Positions 1-12,309 of a stretch of DNA of 64,000 bases are shown one piece after another (within the stretch, counting starts at the first letter, position 1; each line of letters begins with the position of its first letter). The notes below the pieces were generated by a model. That model was not told the DNA's origin. It did no database searches and saw only the letters and a list, made by a program, of their open reading frames with translations. Origin of the DNA: Sminthopsis crassicaudata (lineage: Eukaryota); NCBI RefSeq assembly GCF_048593235.1, contig NC_133618.1, positions 206,388,221-206,452,220 on the forward strand, written 5' to 3'. The position numbers were made by a program, and so were the translations under genes.

Positions 1-2307
1 ATAGACTAGAAAAGAATGCTACTGTATGGAAAAGTATTCAATTGGTTGTGTACACTTTAAATTCAACAGGTGCTAAAATATTATATAATATTAAGTTTGT
101 GGTTTAACACGAGACTTAAGATCTTCTGATCTAGTAGGAGGAAGCAGCTCTGATGACTGAAACAAGGTTTTCTTTCATGCAAGCACTTCCACATATTTTG
201 ATAAACTAAACACTTCCCCAAAAGATAAATGAGGCACTGGATGTCTTCAGATGTTTAGATTAAGAACATTCCAATTCTTTCAACTTTTAGTCAGAGGCAC
301 CATTAAAAAGTAAGAAGATCTTATTTACTCTTTACTACCATTTCCTATGTATTATTCAATTTTCTCAAAACACCATTTTCTGCAACGTACAAATTGGATT
401 GATTGTCAATTAATTCAGCCTTACAAATCAAGTTAAGACTTAATTTGAGAATCGAAAATGAAAGAATTCTACCAAAAGCTAAATACAAAAGATTGCTGTA
501 ATCCAAGTTTCCTTTTTGAGATACATCTGCGATAATTATACCACCACTATTACTGAACATCATCATCTACTTTTCGTACACTTCTCTTACTTTGAATCTT
601 GTTGTGTACACAGGGCAGTGAAGTTCTAAAAATAGTTTACTTCATCCTCAAACAACCACACCACCGAGCCAATGGCCAATAGTTTTTTTAAAAATTAAAA
701 CACACTGCTAACTGTGTTCTTCTTATCCTTCTCCAAATCTGTCAGACCATACTCCGAAAGACATATTTATAATACTACCACAAACCCTGGTGATTTTTCT
801 TCTTTATAATCCTTTGTAACTTTTATATCTATTCTACCATTCACTTTAAAGTTGGCTCTGAATATCTACCTCCAAACTCTTAACCTTCACTGGTAAATTC
901 TCTTGGCAAGTAAGTTCATGAACATTTCCAATCTCTTAATGACAGGACTGTTTCTGCAGCTTGACTTCAAATAGTCAAGAGATGCAGATTACAGATAATT
1001 AGCACAATTTTTCCAACATAAACCAGCTAGAATTAAGAGACACACTATAATAAAAATATCTGGAAAGTTTGTTCCCACAGAAAAATGTGGAAGCAGTTCT
1101 ATGCTGATAGTTCAGAACACCTGGTAAACTAACTATTCAATTGGCATTAACTAGGAGGCCATAGTATACAATGGAAAGAACATTGGATTCGTGGTCAGCA
1201 ACATGGGGCCAAATCCTACTTTTGCTATCTGTGTGACCTAACCTCTCAAATCCTGTTTTCCTTTCTAGAAAGCAGCAACTTTCTTCTAGCTTTAAATTCC
1301 CAAACTTACTCATTTATTAGGGTTGCATATGAGTAAAGAGCTTTCAGCAGGTTACCAACTTTGGTGAGTAATATATTTCAGTTCTTCAGGGATCTGTGAT
1401 TTGATCACTGTGGGTATTCTCTTCACTGATACAGGCCCCAGTACTAGCACATATATTCCCTTCACAAACTGCTATGGGCAAAACCCAAAAACCCCACCCC
1501 ATGCATGAGAAAAGTGGAGAATAGAACCACCATTTCTAAGTAAGGATTGAAAATTAATAGTTTTCCAGATTAAAGAAAAGTATTTTAAAATATCCTAATT
1601 AGAAGATTATTTGGAATGCTTCTCATGAAAAATGGAAAGCATCTCTAGCTATTGAAGTAAAAAAATCAACTAATAAGTGAATTCTTGGTATATATATTAA
1701 CCAATACAAATCTCCTTAAAACTGCACTATTCCTAGTTCAGTTAACTTTTAACATGGTAATCATAGAAATGTCTGATTTGAATCACATGTTCTGAATAAA
1801 TCTTAACGATAGGAAAGGTCTGGGTGACAAAGAAAAGGTGGAAAACTAAACATTTGGACAGAATTCTTAATAGCTGGGATAAAAATGCAATTGGGAAATG
1901 TTTAACAAAATAAATAAAAATATAATAGAACATAGATGATGTTGATGTGTGATATTCTAATATGCAGACTGCAGGGATCCATTTCTATATGAATTTTACA
2001 ACTGTCTTACACAATATTTTGACCAATGTCGACCAGACTTTAGCCTCAAACTAAGAATTTCTCAAATCTTATAGTTCAGATTACTTTTCATTCATATAAT
2101 CAATTAAAGTGATGATTCTAGTCACTGTACTTAAGAATTCTGAGTAGAAAGGAAATTGGGATAATTCTATACAATTTGAGAAAAAAATTTATTTTAGTGT
2201 CTACCAGTTCATCGAAAAAAAAAAAGGACTAAGAGATTTCTCATTCATCCATCCTCTTTGGTCAACCCATATCACTATTACCTCCCTACCCTACACACCT
2301 AGATTTA

Positions 2308-2308
<1 letters not shown>

Positions 2309-2350
<42 letters not shown>
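2309..2350 (+). repeat. Pure A42 homopolymer
   Basis: 42 consecutive A. Confidence 0.95.
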
Positions 2351-2352
<2 letters not shown>

Positions 2353-2467
2353 CTATCTTCTTTAATGTGGGATAGCATCTGCACAGAAAGGAAACTTTGT
2401 GTTCATCTATTAGCACAGTAACTTGTTAGAAAGGTAGTACTACTGTGTCATAATATAGAATCTCTAA

Positions 2468-2624
2468 CAGTGGTCCTCAAACTTTTTAAATAGGGGGCCA
2501 GTTCACTGCCCCTCAGACTATTGGAGGGCCAGACTATAGTAAAAACAAAAGCTCACACTGTCTGCACCCCTCAGCCCATTTGCCATAACCCCTCAGGAGG
2601 TATAAACGTCCTCAGCAGCCCCTG
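2468..2624 (+). mobile_element. Non-autonomous hAT (OC1/OposCharlie1-like) MITE
   Basis: Starts CAGTGGTCCTCAAACTTTTTAAATAGGGGGCCAGTTCACTG...GGAGGGCCAGACTATAGTAAAAACAAAA, matching the OC1-type MITE left end as recalled; ends ..CCCCTG; homologous to 29363-29473. Confidence 0.7.
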
Positions 2625-4459
2625 CTGCAGAGACAGAAACTGACACACAGCATCCATACTAACATCACTGTAAAAAAATAAGTTCTGTAAGTTGTAGGCT
2701 TTTGTCTATGCCTTCAATGTGGCCTATTAGTTGGTACTAAGAATTTTCCAGGTTTTCATGATGACTTTAAACTTGGATAACCACTAGTTTTTACTACATT
2801 TTCTTCAGAGTATTGGCAGCATTTCGTGATGTCTATCATGAATTATCAGAATAAAAAGTATACCCTCCCAATATACCCAAACCCAGTATACCCAAAAGAT
2901 ACTTCCATACCAATGAAGGGGAGAGGTTAGGTCTAGATCTGGTCAAAATAAAGTTAACATTCACCAATCAAAGCTCAAAGTCCCTAGTGAGAAGTTTTGA
3001 GTTCCCAAAATGAGAGTATGGTAATAGATTTCTAACTTTTTGGTGATAAGGTACTTTAAAATGAATCTAGACTGATATCTGGTGATACAATCTTTTAAAA
3101 CCCAAGTTCATTTCCACAGAGGCACCCAGAAATCTTACATCCTATATTCTTATTAAAACATTCAGTTTGACAGTACTGAACCATAGAAATTCAGATAAAA
3201 ACAACTGGAGCTCAAATTTACTGTTTTATCCCAAGATTGATAGTCAAGAAAGGAATATTGTATAACCACAGATAAAGAATTTGGCTCCTTTGAAAACAAA
3301 AACAAACAAACTCAGCATTACCTACATCTGCTTATCATCATGCTATCTTTTTTGGGGAGAGTGAAGTGACTGAACTGGAAAAGGGGTGAACCCAATAAAA
3401 GTCTGCAACTCCTCCCTAGCCTACTGTCTGGTTTAGACATTTGGCAGGATGAAATTGACCAAAATATTAGCATCAGGAACAGGAGCTGAACTTAAGTTTT
3501 CTCTGACTCTTAAGACCCACCCTCAACCTACTATGTCCCATTGATTTTTATGGTAATTTAAAAGAATTAATGTGACCAAGTACACATCTCCTGACTAAAT
3601 CATTTTTTATCAATGGAAGTACAATACATAAGTACACAGCATACTCACTATAGTACCTTTACAGGAGGAGATCCATGTTTCAAATACCATCTTCTAAATG
3701 AAACCACTCTACAAGAAGGCTAGTCTAGTCCTTTTTATATTTAGATTTCTTTATTTTGGGGTCTAAGACAAACATACATTGATTTCCACAAAATGGAATT
3801 GGTTCCAATACAGCTGCATTTTCTACTACTTTGATTGTCCAGTTTTGTATCTTCATGACCCTCTTGACAATTTACAAATTTAAACTGCTAATGAATTCTT
3901 AGTAAGACAAAAACATGATTTGGTCAACCTGTGATTTTCTGTTTAAATTATAAACAAAAATAAATAAAAAACCATGACAAAGGATATTTGCACCTATGCT
4001 GAAATAATCATTTTCCTTAGATCTGTGCACCAGGGATAAATGATAGAACACGAAAAATAGCAATTTTAAAAGTTCTATTAAAAAAAGGCTAAAATGCCAG
4101 CAAAGATCTAGTAGAAAACAACGAAAAGAGTTCAGTATAATTGAAAACTGTCCCCTTTTGATTAAAATAATTGACACTTTGAATGCCTGTAAAGGGTAAT
4201 ATTAATATATTTTAGGACAACAAAGAATTAAACATAACTTCAAGGAGCTTAAAAATCTAAAACAAAAACGGTCAGGAGACTTTTATTATTGTGCTTTGTA
4301 CACAGTAGGAACTATTAGATCACTCTACCAGATTAGTAGTAATAGTAGATTAGTCTACTCTACCAGTCTATATATTTTCCTCCCAAATTCTAGAGATAAG
4401 GTTCTCTATTAATATAGAGGTTCTCATTAATTATTCTAGAAAGTTATGTACTTCTCTTC

Positions 4460-4601
4460 TTTTTGCTGAAGCAATTGGGGTTAAGTGACTTGCCTAAGGT
4501 CACACAGCTAGGAAGAGTTAATTGTCAGAGTTCACATTTGAACTCAGGTCCTCCAGACATCAGGGCTGCTATTTTTATCCACTGTACCATGAAGCTGCCC
4601 C
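4460..4601 (-). mobile_element. WSINE1-type tRNA-derived SINE
   Basis: T-tail, gcaattggggttaagtgacttgcc core, A/B-box head on the minus strand. Confidence 0.8.
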
Positions 4602-5837
4602 CAGAATGTACTTTTAAGACATATTTTTAAAATTAGAGGACTGTGAATTATCAAGTTTAACATAACCTTTGTTTTAATGTTTGTCTATATGAATTGCTTG
4701 TTAAACTTGAGCAACATGAACCATGTGAAAACAGTTTATCATACCTAAGCCATAATGTATTGAATAATGAAAATCATAAGGAATTCCAATCGCAACAAAT
4801 TAAATGTATTCAGAATGAAAAGGCTTCTTAAAACAGCACATAGGCAATGATATTTTAGGAAACAAAGGTATTCTGGTTCTAAGTCACTGATTTTTAAAGA
4901 ATTTTGGCTAGAGCATGCAACTGCAGGGTTTTGCATTTCCAAAATGTAGAAGATAATCTTGTCCCCAAAGCTTTTGATGTTTCTCTCTCATTTATCATTA
5001 TGAAACGTACTCAAGACCCTCTCATTTCTTTACCACATCCCTCAAGCCAAAATTCTGGAAATTTTATTTGCATTTTACCAATTGACCTTATCCAATCAAA
5101 CCACAAAAAATATTGGATGGATCATCTCAGACTAAGTAAGACCTTAAATTTAAAAGTCTATTACCTGTTATTAGTAAATTGCAGCCTTAAAAAAAATTAC
5201 ATCCAATAGGCAAAGCATCATGCACACATATAAGAAAACATAAAAGAAATACAAAGTAATTGGAGGGGAGTCAGAGACTTCATGTAGAAGGTAGCACTTG
5301 AATACAGCTTTTAAAGAACCTTCTGTTGAAGACTCAGAATTGAAAAGATAAAATATTTGTGAATAGAAGTCAGTATGTAAAGCACAGAATATGTAAAGAA
5401 GTGATATAAGCCTACAAGTCTTATAGATAGGCAGAAAGAAGCATAACTGAGAAGGGCTTTAAATATCAGAGGAATTCTGAGCAAGGAAGTGCCATGGTCA
5501 GATGTGTTTTAAGAATGTAACTTACAAATAGAATTGAAAAAGGAAAAACTGGATGCGAGAAAACCAAGTGGGAGGCTACTGCAGTACTGTGGGAGTTAAT
5601 AAAGGTCCAAAATAGGGTGATGGACATGTGAATTGGGATAAGGGTTAGAAATACAGAATCAAATGTAATATGGCAATTGATTTTATATGTGAGGTGAGGG
5701 ACAGTGAAGGAGTAGAAGAAACAGTAGAAGAGTGAAGGAGAGGTTTACTCCCAGGTTGCAAAACTAGGTAGCTGGTTAAAAGAATGGCAGTACCTTAAAG
5801 GGAAATAACAAAGTTCTAATAGGTAAGATAGGGAAAA

Positions 5838-6063
5838 GGGCAGCTAGTGGCACAGTAATTAGAGCTATTTGGAAATCAGGAAGACTCCTCTTCATCAAAG
5901 TTCTTCATGACACTTTACTAGCTTAGCTGTGTGACCCTGAAGTTTCTTTACCCTATTTGCTTCAGTTCCTCTTCTGTAAAATGAGCTGGGAAAGGAAATG
6001 GCAAACCAATCCAGTATCTTTGCCAAGAAAACCCCAAGTAGAGCCATGCAAAGGAAACAACAA
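5838..6063 (+). mobile_element. MAR1-type CORE-SINE
   Basis: tRNA head, CORE (cagttcctcttctgtaaaatgag), tail ggaaatggcaaaccaatccagtatctttgccaagaaaacccc. Confidence 0.8.
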
Positions 6064-8041
6064 AATAACAAATAGAAGGAAAGAGTTTAAGAGACTAGAA
6101 CTACTCGTAGAGATCTAGGGGCCATCTCAATAGATTATTAACTCTGAGGAATAAATGAGATGAGAGTGATCTAAAACACAGCCTCCAGGTCTACTCACAG
6201 CCAGGGGACAAGATATTGATAATCCAACAAAGGACAGAGGGATATTCAGGAAAAAGAGGATTCCCAGAGGTTAGTTACTAGAATCAGGAGAAATCAAGGT
6301 TGTATTTGTTGATTAAAGAATCATTAATAGCCTAGAAGAGAGTTCATTTCATTTGGGTGATGAAATCAGAAGCTATAATGCAAGCAGCTGAAATGTGGGA
6401 AGAGAGAAGAAATAGGGGCAATAAGAATAGATAGCTTTTTCTAAAAGTTTAGCTTGTCAAAGGGAAGCAAGATATAGGATGATAGCTTAAGATGTTATGG
6501 CCAAGTGAAGATTTAAGAAAGGGGCAAGACTTGGGGATATTGGTAGGCAACAAACAAGCCATTTATTTTAAGCACCATGAGTGCCAGATACTGTCAGGTG
6601 CTCACAGACAAAAGTGTAAGTTGTTGCTCTAGAGTTTACAATCTAACCAGATTGTAGAAAATAAGTATATATAGTTAGAAAATAAGTATGTATGGTTATC
6701 TATAATTATATATGTATAAAGTATAAATATATATTATCATATATACATACATATATATATAGTCTAGAAACTAAGTATATATAGTTATATACAAAATATA
6801 CAACAAAATAGATTTGGGATAATTTTGGGTGAAAGGCACAAAAAACTAAGGACTTAAAAGAAGAGTGATGATGGCAAAGAAAAGCTTCATCTAGAAGGTT
6901 TAACTTGAGCTAAACATTGAAGGAAGCTAAAGATTTTAAGAGGTAGAGAAGTGAGAAAGGAGCCCATTCCAGGTACAAGATGATCAGTACAAAAGGAAGA
7001 ATTCAGTCCAGTTAGAATATAAAAAAAAGAATGATTTAAGGGCAACTCTGCTTAGGGAAGGAATGGGATTGGGGTATAGAGTAGGTTGGCCTTAGAAGAG
7101 AAACCTTTTCAAAGACTGAAATAGAGAACAATATCAAGGAGTTTTGAGTTACAGAATAGGATAAAAGAGCTGAAAGAAAAAATACACTTTTTTTTTTTTT
7201 TTTTTCAGAAAAGTATGTGGTTTTGGAAATTTTCAGTGTAGGATGGGAAGTTTGAAGAGAAAAGCTTTGGAATGGTTGGGATAAAAGTAGATTAGGGGAG
7301 GGCTCAAGTGAAGCCACTCTTCCCCCTTCTCCCCCCCCAACCAAGGTTGAACAGCTTGGTTGTGATTTCCTCAGCAATAAATGAGCAAACCAAAAGCCTT
7401 TTTAATCACTTTACTCCAAATGGACTACATTAATTCCTGAAATTATCCAGACCCACTTTTACCAACTGATTTGATCCTAATCCTTCCTAAATTTATTCAT
7501 CTTCAACTATTTCACATAATTATAATCTACTTCAAATCTTTCATTAACTTCCCATTAATTCTAGGAAACATCTTACTATGCTTTTTAAAATAGGAACATT
7601 TAGGCAGTGATAATATTTGGAATACTACTAGAACCAAAAAGAACTAGAGAGAACCCAAAGATTTAGATTAACTAGTACAATCCCTTATTTTTCAGATGAG
7701 GCAACTAAAGGTCTCTGATAGAAGAAGTAACTAGCTAATTTTTAAGGTCCTTCCAGTTCTAAATCCTATGTTCTCATACGGTTGCCTCATTTTATAGATA
7801 TTAAGGAAGTTTCACAAGAGTTCCCTCATACTATAATAAACACTAATATCATCTAGATTATACTCTCCATTTTACCTTTTTTCATGCATAAACTTGAAAC
7901 CATTTTCATGTCACTTCTACATTCATGATATAAACCTCCCTTAGCCAATTTACTAACATCTGCATTATTTTACTAGTCTACTCAGCTCATACATAAATTT
8001 AATAAAATTATTTCTGAACTACAGCATAAAACATATGCATG

Positions 8042-8193
8042 TTTTCTTTCTTTTTTTTTCCCCTGAGGCTGGGGTTAAGTGACTTGCCCAGGGTCAACAG
8101 CTAGGAAGTGTTAAGTGTCTGAGACCAGAATTGAACTTGGGTCCTCCTGAATTCAGGGCTGGTGCTCTATCCACTGCGCCACCTAGCTGCTCC
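8042..8193 (-). mobile_element. WSINE1-type SINE (young-looking)
   Basis: Reverse complement: ggagcagctaggtggcgcagtggatagagcaccagccctgaattcaggaggacccaagttcaa...gggcaagtcacttaacccc + A-tail; head CpG retained. Confidence 0.88.
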
Positions 8194-8269
8194 ATATCAA
8201 TGTTTTCAATAAAAATCTTTACCAGTTTACAATTAAGTCATTACCTCACAATCTCAGCAACCATATACT

Positions 8270-8420
8270 TTTCTTTCATTCTTTCTTTCTCTGTTGTCTC
8301 TGTCTCTCCCTCTTTGTCTCTCTCTGACTCTCTCTGGGTGTTTGTCTTTCCCTCTTTTTTCTGTCTCTCCTCTCTTTCCTCCCTCTCTCTTTTCTTTCTC
8401 TCTCTTTCTTCTCTTTTCTT
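8270..8420. repeat. CT-rich polypyrimidine tract
   Basis: Imperfect (CT)n/(CTT)n; similar tracts at 40880-41010 and 41960-42070. Confidence 0.9.
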
Positions 8421-8888
8421 AACTCCCTTATATGTAATCATCTCCTTCAATTCCAAGCCTTTCCAGCAGAACTGGGCACAAAGAACTATTACACTCTAAA
8501 GCTAATTTAAGACACTTAACTCTCTTTCAAATCACACTAACCCATAAAAACAAGACATAAATGAGGAATATATGCATGACCCCATTCTAATTACTTTTGA
8601 CGAATCACCATCCCTCAAAAAAGTTACTCATATTCATATCAGATCCAGAGTTTTTAATGAAAACAAGCCTGTGAGATAAGTCATACAAATATCACCCTCA
8701 ATTTACACAGGAGGAAACTAAGAATTACAGAGGCAAAACAATTTGTCTCAGCTTTATTAGGCTCTCTCTCAGGTGCCAATCAAACCTTGATTCTGATTTC
8801 AAGTCTGGTGTTCTATCCACTGTACCATTTTCTCTACAACTCTTAAGTGCCAAAATTTCAAGAGCTATACATATACAGTTCATTGGAC

Positions 8889-8932
8889 TTTAATTTAATT
8901 TAATTTAGTTTAATTTAATTTAATTTAATTTA
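8889..8932. repeat. (TTAAT)n pentanucleotide microsatellite
   Basis: About 8 units with one variant. Confidence 0.92.
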
Positions 8933-10626
8933 GCACAGCTATTGTCTCAACTTTCTGAGTAATCAGGATTATAAGAAGAGTGTATAAATGTGCTAAATCC
9001 TCAAAAATAGTTAAGTTATTAAGACTTTATTAGAGCTAAAAAGTGTCAATCAGCAATTATTTAAAATATCCACAAAGTGGCATGGATTAATCATTTAGTT
9101 CAACATCTTCATTTTATAGATTTGGAACTGGAGGCCTAGCAAGGTGATTTGATGAAGATCACATAGCTTAACAAATGGAAGGACTAAGATGTGAACACCA
9201 ATTTCTTAAGTCCCAAACCAGTAATATATCAGAGCACACCAAGTTCTTGAACTCAGTCAATATCCATGCCTACTTTCAACATGCATTGGTGGATGCCCAA
9301 AGTCCAGAACCATTTTTGCTTTGAAAAAGCAAATACATTAAGGAGAGCTAAGTAGAAGAATGAAAAACATAAGTCAAAAAGCAGCAAAAAACACAAAATC
9401 AAATGTGTAAAAAAATACAAATAAAAAGCTTATAGATTTTTGCCTCACAAATTAGCAGGCATCTTAGAAGGATTTTATAATATACAATGTTATACTAACT
9501 TAAAAAAACATACCTTAGTGATCAAGAGTAAAATTCTGTACATGCAATGACAAAGCTAAAAATGTTATCTGTCAGTAGCTGAATCACAGTAGTCACCCAC
9601 TCCACCCAACATATCCACTCTAAAGCAGAACAGTTTAAAAGTTTGGAAAGCTTCCCTTAATCTACTGCTTGCCAGAAGTGATTCCATTTTAGCAGATCAC
9701 AGTTAAATTAAGGCAACTGCATGAAAATGTTAGTAAACTGCTAAAACTGATACCGCCCAAAATAAAATTTGTTGCTTTGCTTCTATGGCATTAAATGTAT
9801 TTTTTCCATCTTTGTTGAACTTCAAAATTCAGTTTTATATATTAAACTCTTATTTTTAAAATGTGTCAAGAGCAAAACTTTAGATTCCTTTAATAAAATG
9901 TAAACAGTTTGAAAAGTCAAAGTTTTATGAAGTTTATTTAACTGGTGTCGTTTTTGTGTGTGTGTGTGCACACACTGTAAAATAGATCTCTTCACCCTCA
10001 TCAAAAACCCCAGTGTTTGTATTCTACATTTACACATTTTGTTGAAGTCATTTTAGAATTTGCAAATTGTGCCAATTATTCCTTTCCTTCACAGCAGAAA
10101 TATAACACTGAGAACTGTGAAACTTCTATATTTGAAAGGCCTCTATTTCAGAGAAAAATCTTCAAACTGCACTTAGATTAAATCGGTACACTGGTATTAG
10201 GCTTGAGTGATGGGTTTTTATATTGTTATTTTTAATAACAACTCTTGCTTATTTTTTAAAGTATGCTACCAAGCCAAGGAGTCATTTAGACATGTAAAAA
10301 GGAAATCCTAATTGTTTTTAAATCTTTTCCACAGAGGAACACTTTAGTAGGTACATTGTATAAAAGTTTGTTAAAAATCAATTTGAGTTTAAGTACTGAC
10401 ATATATTAGGGAACCAGAAATGAGCCACCTAGCATAAATTCCAAATCCACCAGCAGGAGGACTTTGCTCAGAGTTAGTAAATGCAGGCTTCCATTTTCCT
10501 TTTAGAAGGCGGTACTATGTTTCTCATTTAAGGAATGGGGAATGAGGCAAGAGGATCAGCCCTGGCTTCTAACAGCCCCTCTTCTGCCCCACCCCCCCCT
10601 CGCTAAGGCAGAGGAGCCGGACTCAC

Positions 10627-10920
10627 CAGTACGGTGGTGCAGATGGACCTTAGCTCACACTCCACTTTCTCCCGATAGTCCTTGACCAGCTGCATCTTCT
10701 TGTCAGTGGTGTCGGTTTTCTGCTCGATGCTGGAAATGACCCTCCAGGCTGACCTTCGCCCCCCCACGACGTTCTTGTAGGCCACAGAGAGCAGGTTGCG
10801 CTCCTCGTTGGACAGCTCGGCCCCCTGCTCGGTCACCGCCTTCATGCAGGTGGCCATGTCGTCATAGCGCTCGGCCTGCTCGGCCAGCTTGGCCTTCTGG
10901 ATCATCTCGGTCTTCTCCAT
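10627..10920 (-). CDS. YWHAQ: 14-3-3 protein theta, first coding exon (codons 1-98); remaining exons lie beyond the left edge of the window
   Basis: Translation [70 protein letters not shown]...ICTTVL carries theta-type residues ([21 protein letters not shown]). Strong Kozak context ccgcgATGG. Exactly 294 nt, then a phase-0 donor CTG|GTGAGT at 10627/10626. Confidence 0.97.
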
Positions 10921-11052
10921 CGCGGGCAGGTTTCAGGTGGGAGTGAGGGCAGTGGCGGCGGCGGCAGCAGGACTCTCGAGGAGTGGGAGAAGGGGCAACG
11001 AGGGTGAGGGCAGGAGGAGATTCGACCCCGACCAGGAAGAGTCCTCAAAAGC
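10921..11052 (-). other. YWHAQ: 5'UTR part of YWHAQ exon 2
   Basis: Acceptor ctccatctcctccctccaccttgtag|gcttttg with a long polypyrimidine tract (AG at 11054-11053). No upstream ATG in the 132 nt; (GCC)4 present. Confidence 0.75.
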
Positions 11053-12065
11053 CTACAAGGTGGAGGGAGGAGATGGAGAAGGAAAGGCTGCTTGAGAGAG
11101 CCAGAGAAAAGGGAGGGGAGGGGGGGAAAGAGGAGCAAAAGAGGAGGCGCCGACAGTTCCAGACAATCCGTCCTCCTCCCCGTCCAGCACCTCGGGCATC
11201 CAACCTGGGCTGCTCCAGCCGCCTTTTGTCTCTGAAGCGCTTTCCCAGCCCCCTTCCCGGGCCGGTAACCGAAGCCCCGCCCTTCCTAGCCCGCCCCGGC
11301 CACACCCACCGCCCAAGCACCTAGGAAGGGGCGGGGGTGTGGGTGGGTGTGTGACCCAGACTGCCCGAGCTGCAGGGGGGCCCCTGGAGGGGAAACCCCG
11401 ACTTCTCCGAGGCCCCCAGCCCCGCCCTTCTCCCCTGTAAGGAGGAAATGCTCTCTCGGGACCTGCTCCATTGGTTCCCCTAGAAAAATCCAAGGGGTGG
11501 GATAAGGAGGCCGGGGAAGGAGGGACGCAACTAATGGGTGGAGGGGGGGAACTCCCCGAGGGCAGGGGCCGTATTTGTATTCCCCCAAAGCGAGCTCGGG
11601 GAGCGCGGAGAGATTGAATTGAAAAATGGGGGGGGGGGGGAGGAAAGCAGAAGGCGGCAACGGAACGGGAGGAGGGGAGGGCGGGCCGAGGGAGGGGGCG
11701 GGGAAGGACGCGCGCGCGGGCGGGCGAGCGGACCGGGAAGGGTCCGGGGCGGCGGCCACCCTCCCGGACACCGAGGTTGAGCTGATGTGCCCCGCCCGCT
11801 AGGTGGGAAAGGGCCAGTCATGCCGCTACCTTAGGGGGCTCCCTGGTCCCCGGGCTCAGCCTCGGTTCCTTTCCAGGAAGCACAAAATGGATGCGGTGGC
11901 GGTTAGTGCCGCACCCCACCCCTACCCCCCACCTCCCTACCCTCCAGAGAAGACCTAGAGGATACTCCCTGACCTCCCTGCCGGTCTCGGTCACCCCTTC
12001 CCACGGACGGAGACCTGGAAAAGGGTCCCGGCCGGGAGCGGCCATTCCCGCCCACCAGCTCTCAC

Positions 12066-12180
12066 CTTCACCTTCACCGCCTCCGATCGCCCCTACTTTG
12101 ATCCGCTTTAGGCTTTGGCGAAGGAGCCTCCCCGTCTCACCCTACCCCCGAGCGCTGAGAGGCGGGCGGGCGCGGAGGCA
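12066..12180 (-). other. YWHAQ: Putative non-coding exon 1 of YWHAQ (5' end approximate)
   Basis: Minus strand ...GCGGTGAAGGTGAAG|GTGAGA donor at 12066/12065; resembles the GTGAAG end of human exon 1 as I recall it; lies just downstream of CCAAT and GC boxes. Confidence 0.6.
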
Positions 12181-12200
12181 AGCCCACTGCCCGCGGCGGC

Positions 12201-12309
12201 CCAATGCGGCGCGGCCATTCCGCTGCCCGTTCCGCCTCCTTTCCAGCTGCTGACCAATCGAGCTGGAGCGCGCGGAAGGAGGGGGGGGTGGATGGGGGAG
12301 TGGGCGGGG
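12201..12309. promoter_or_regulatory. Proximal promoter motifs: two CCAAT boxes, ETS-like CGGAAG, GC box
   Basis: CCAAT at 12201-12205 and TGACCAATCG (CCAAT 12254-12258); CGGAAG near 12273; GGGCGGGG at 12302-12309. Motif matches only. Confidence 0.6.

Noticed and set aside
1-10600. Downstream YWHAQ exon (ELLDKYLI...)
   Set aside because: No matching sequence seen by eye; intron 2 is long in mammals, so the exon likely lies left of the window.
10603-10626. C-terminal VSPAPLP* of the 105-aa ORF
   Set aside because: Read-through into intron 2 past the GTGAGT donor.
10627-10920. YWHAZ/YWHAB paralog or processed pseudogene
   Set aside because: Theta-type residues, an intron after codon 98, an upstream acceptor and a CpG-island promoter all indicate the real YWHAQ gene.
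11796-11807. CTCF-like CCGCTAGGTGGG
   Set aside because: Mismatch at a key C of the core; such matches are common in GC-rich DNA.
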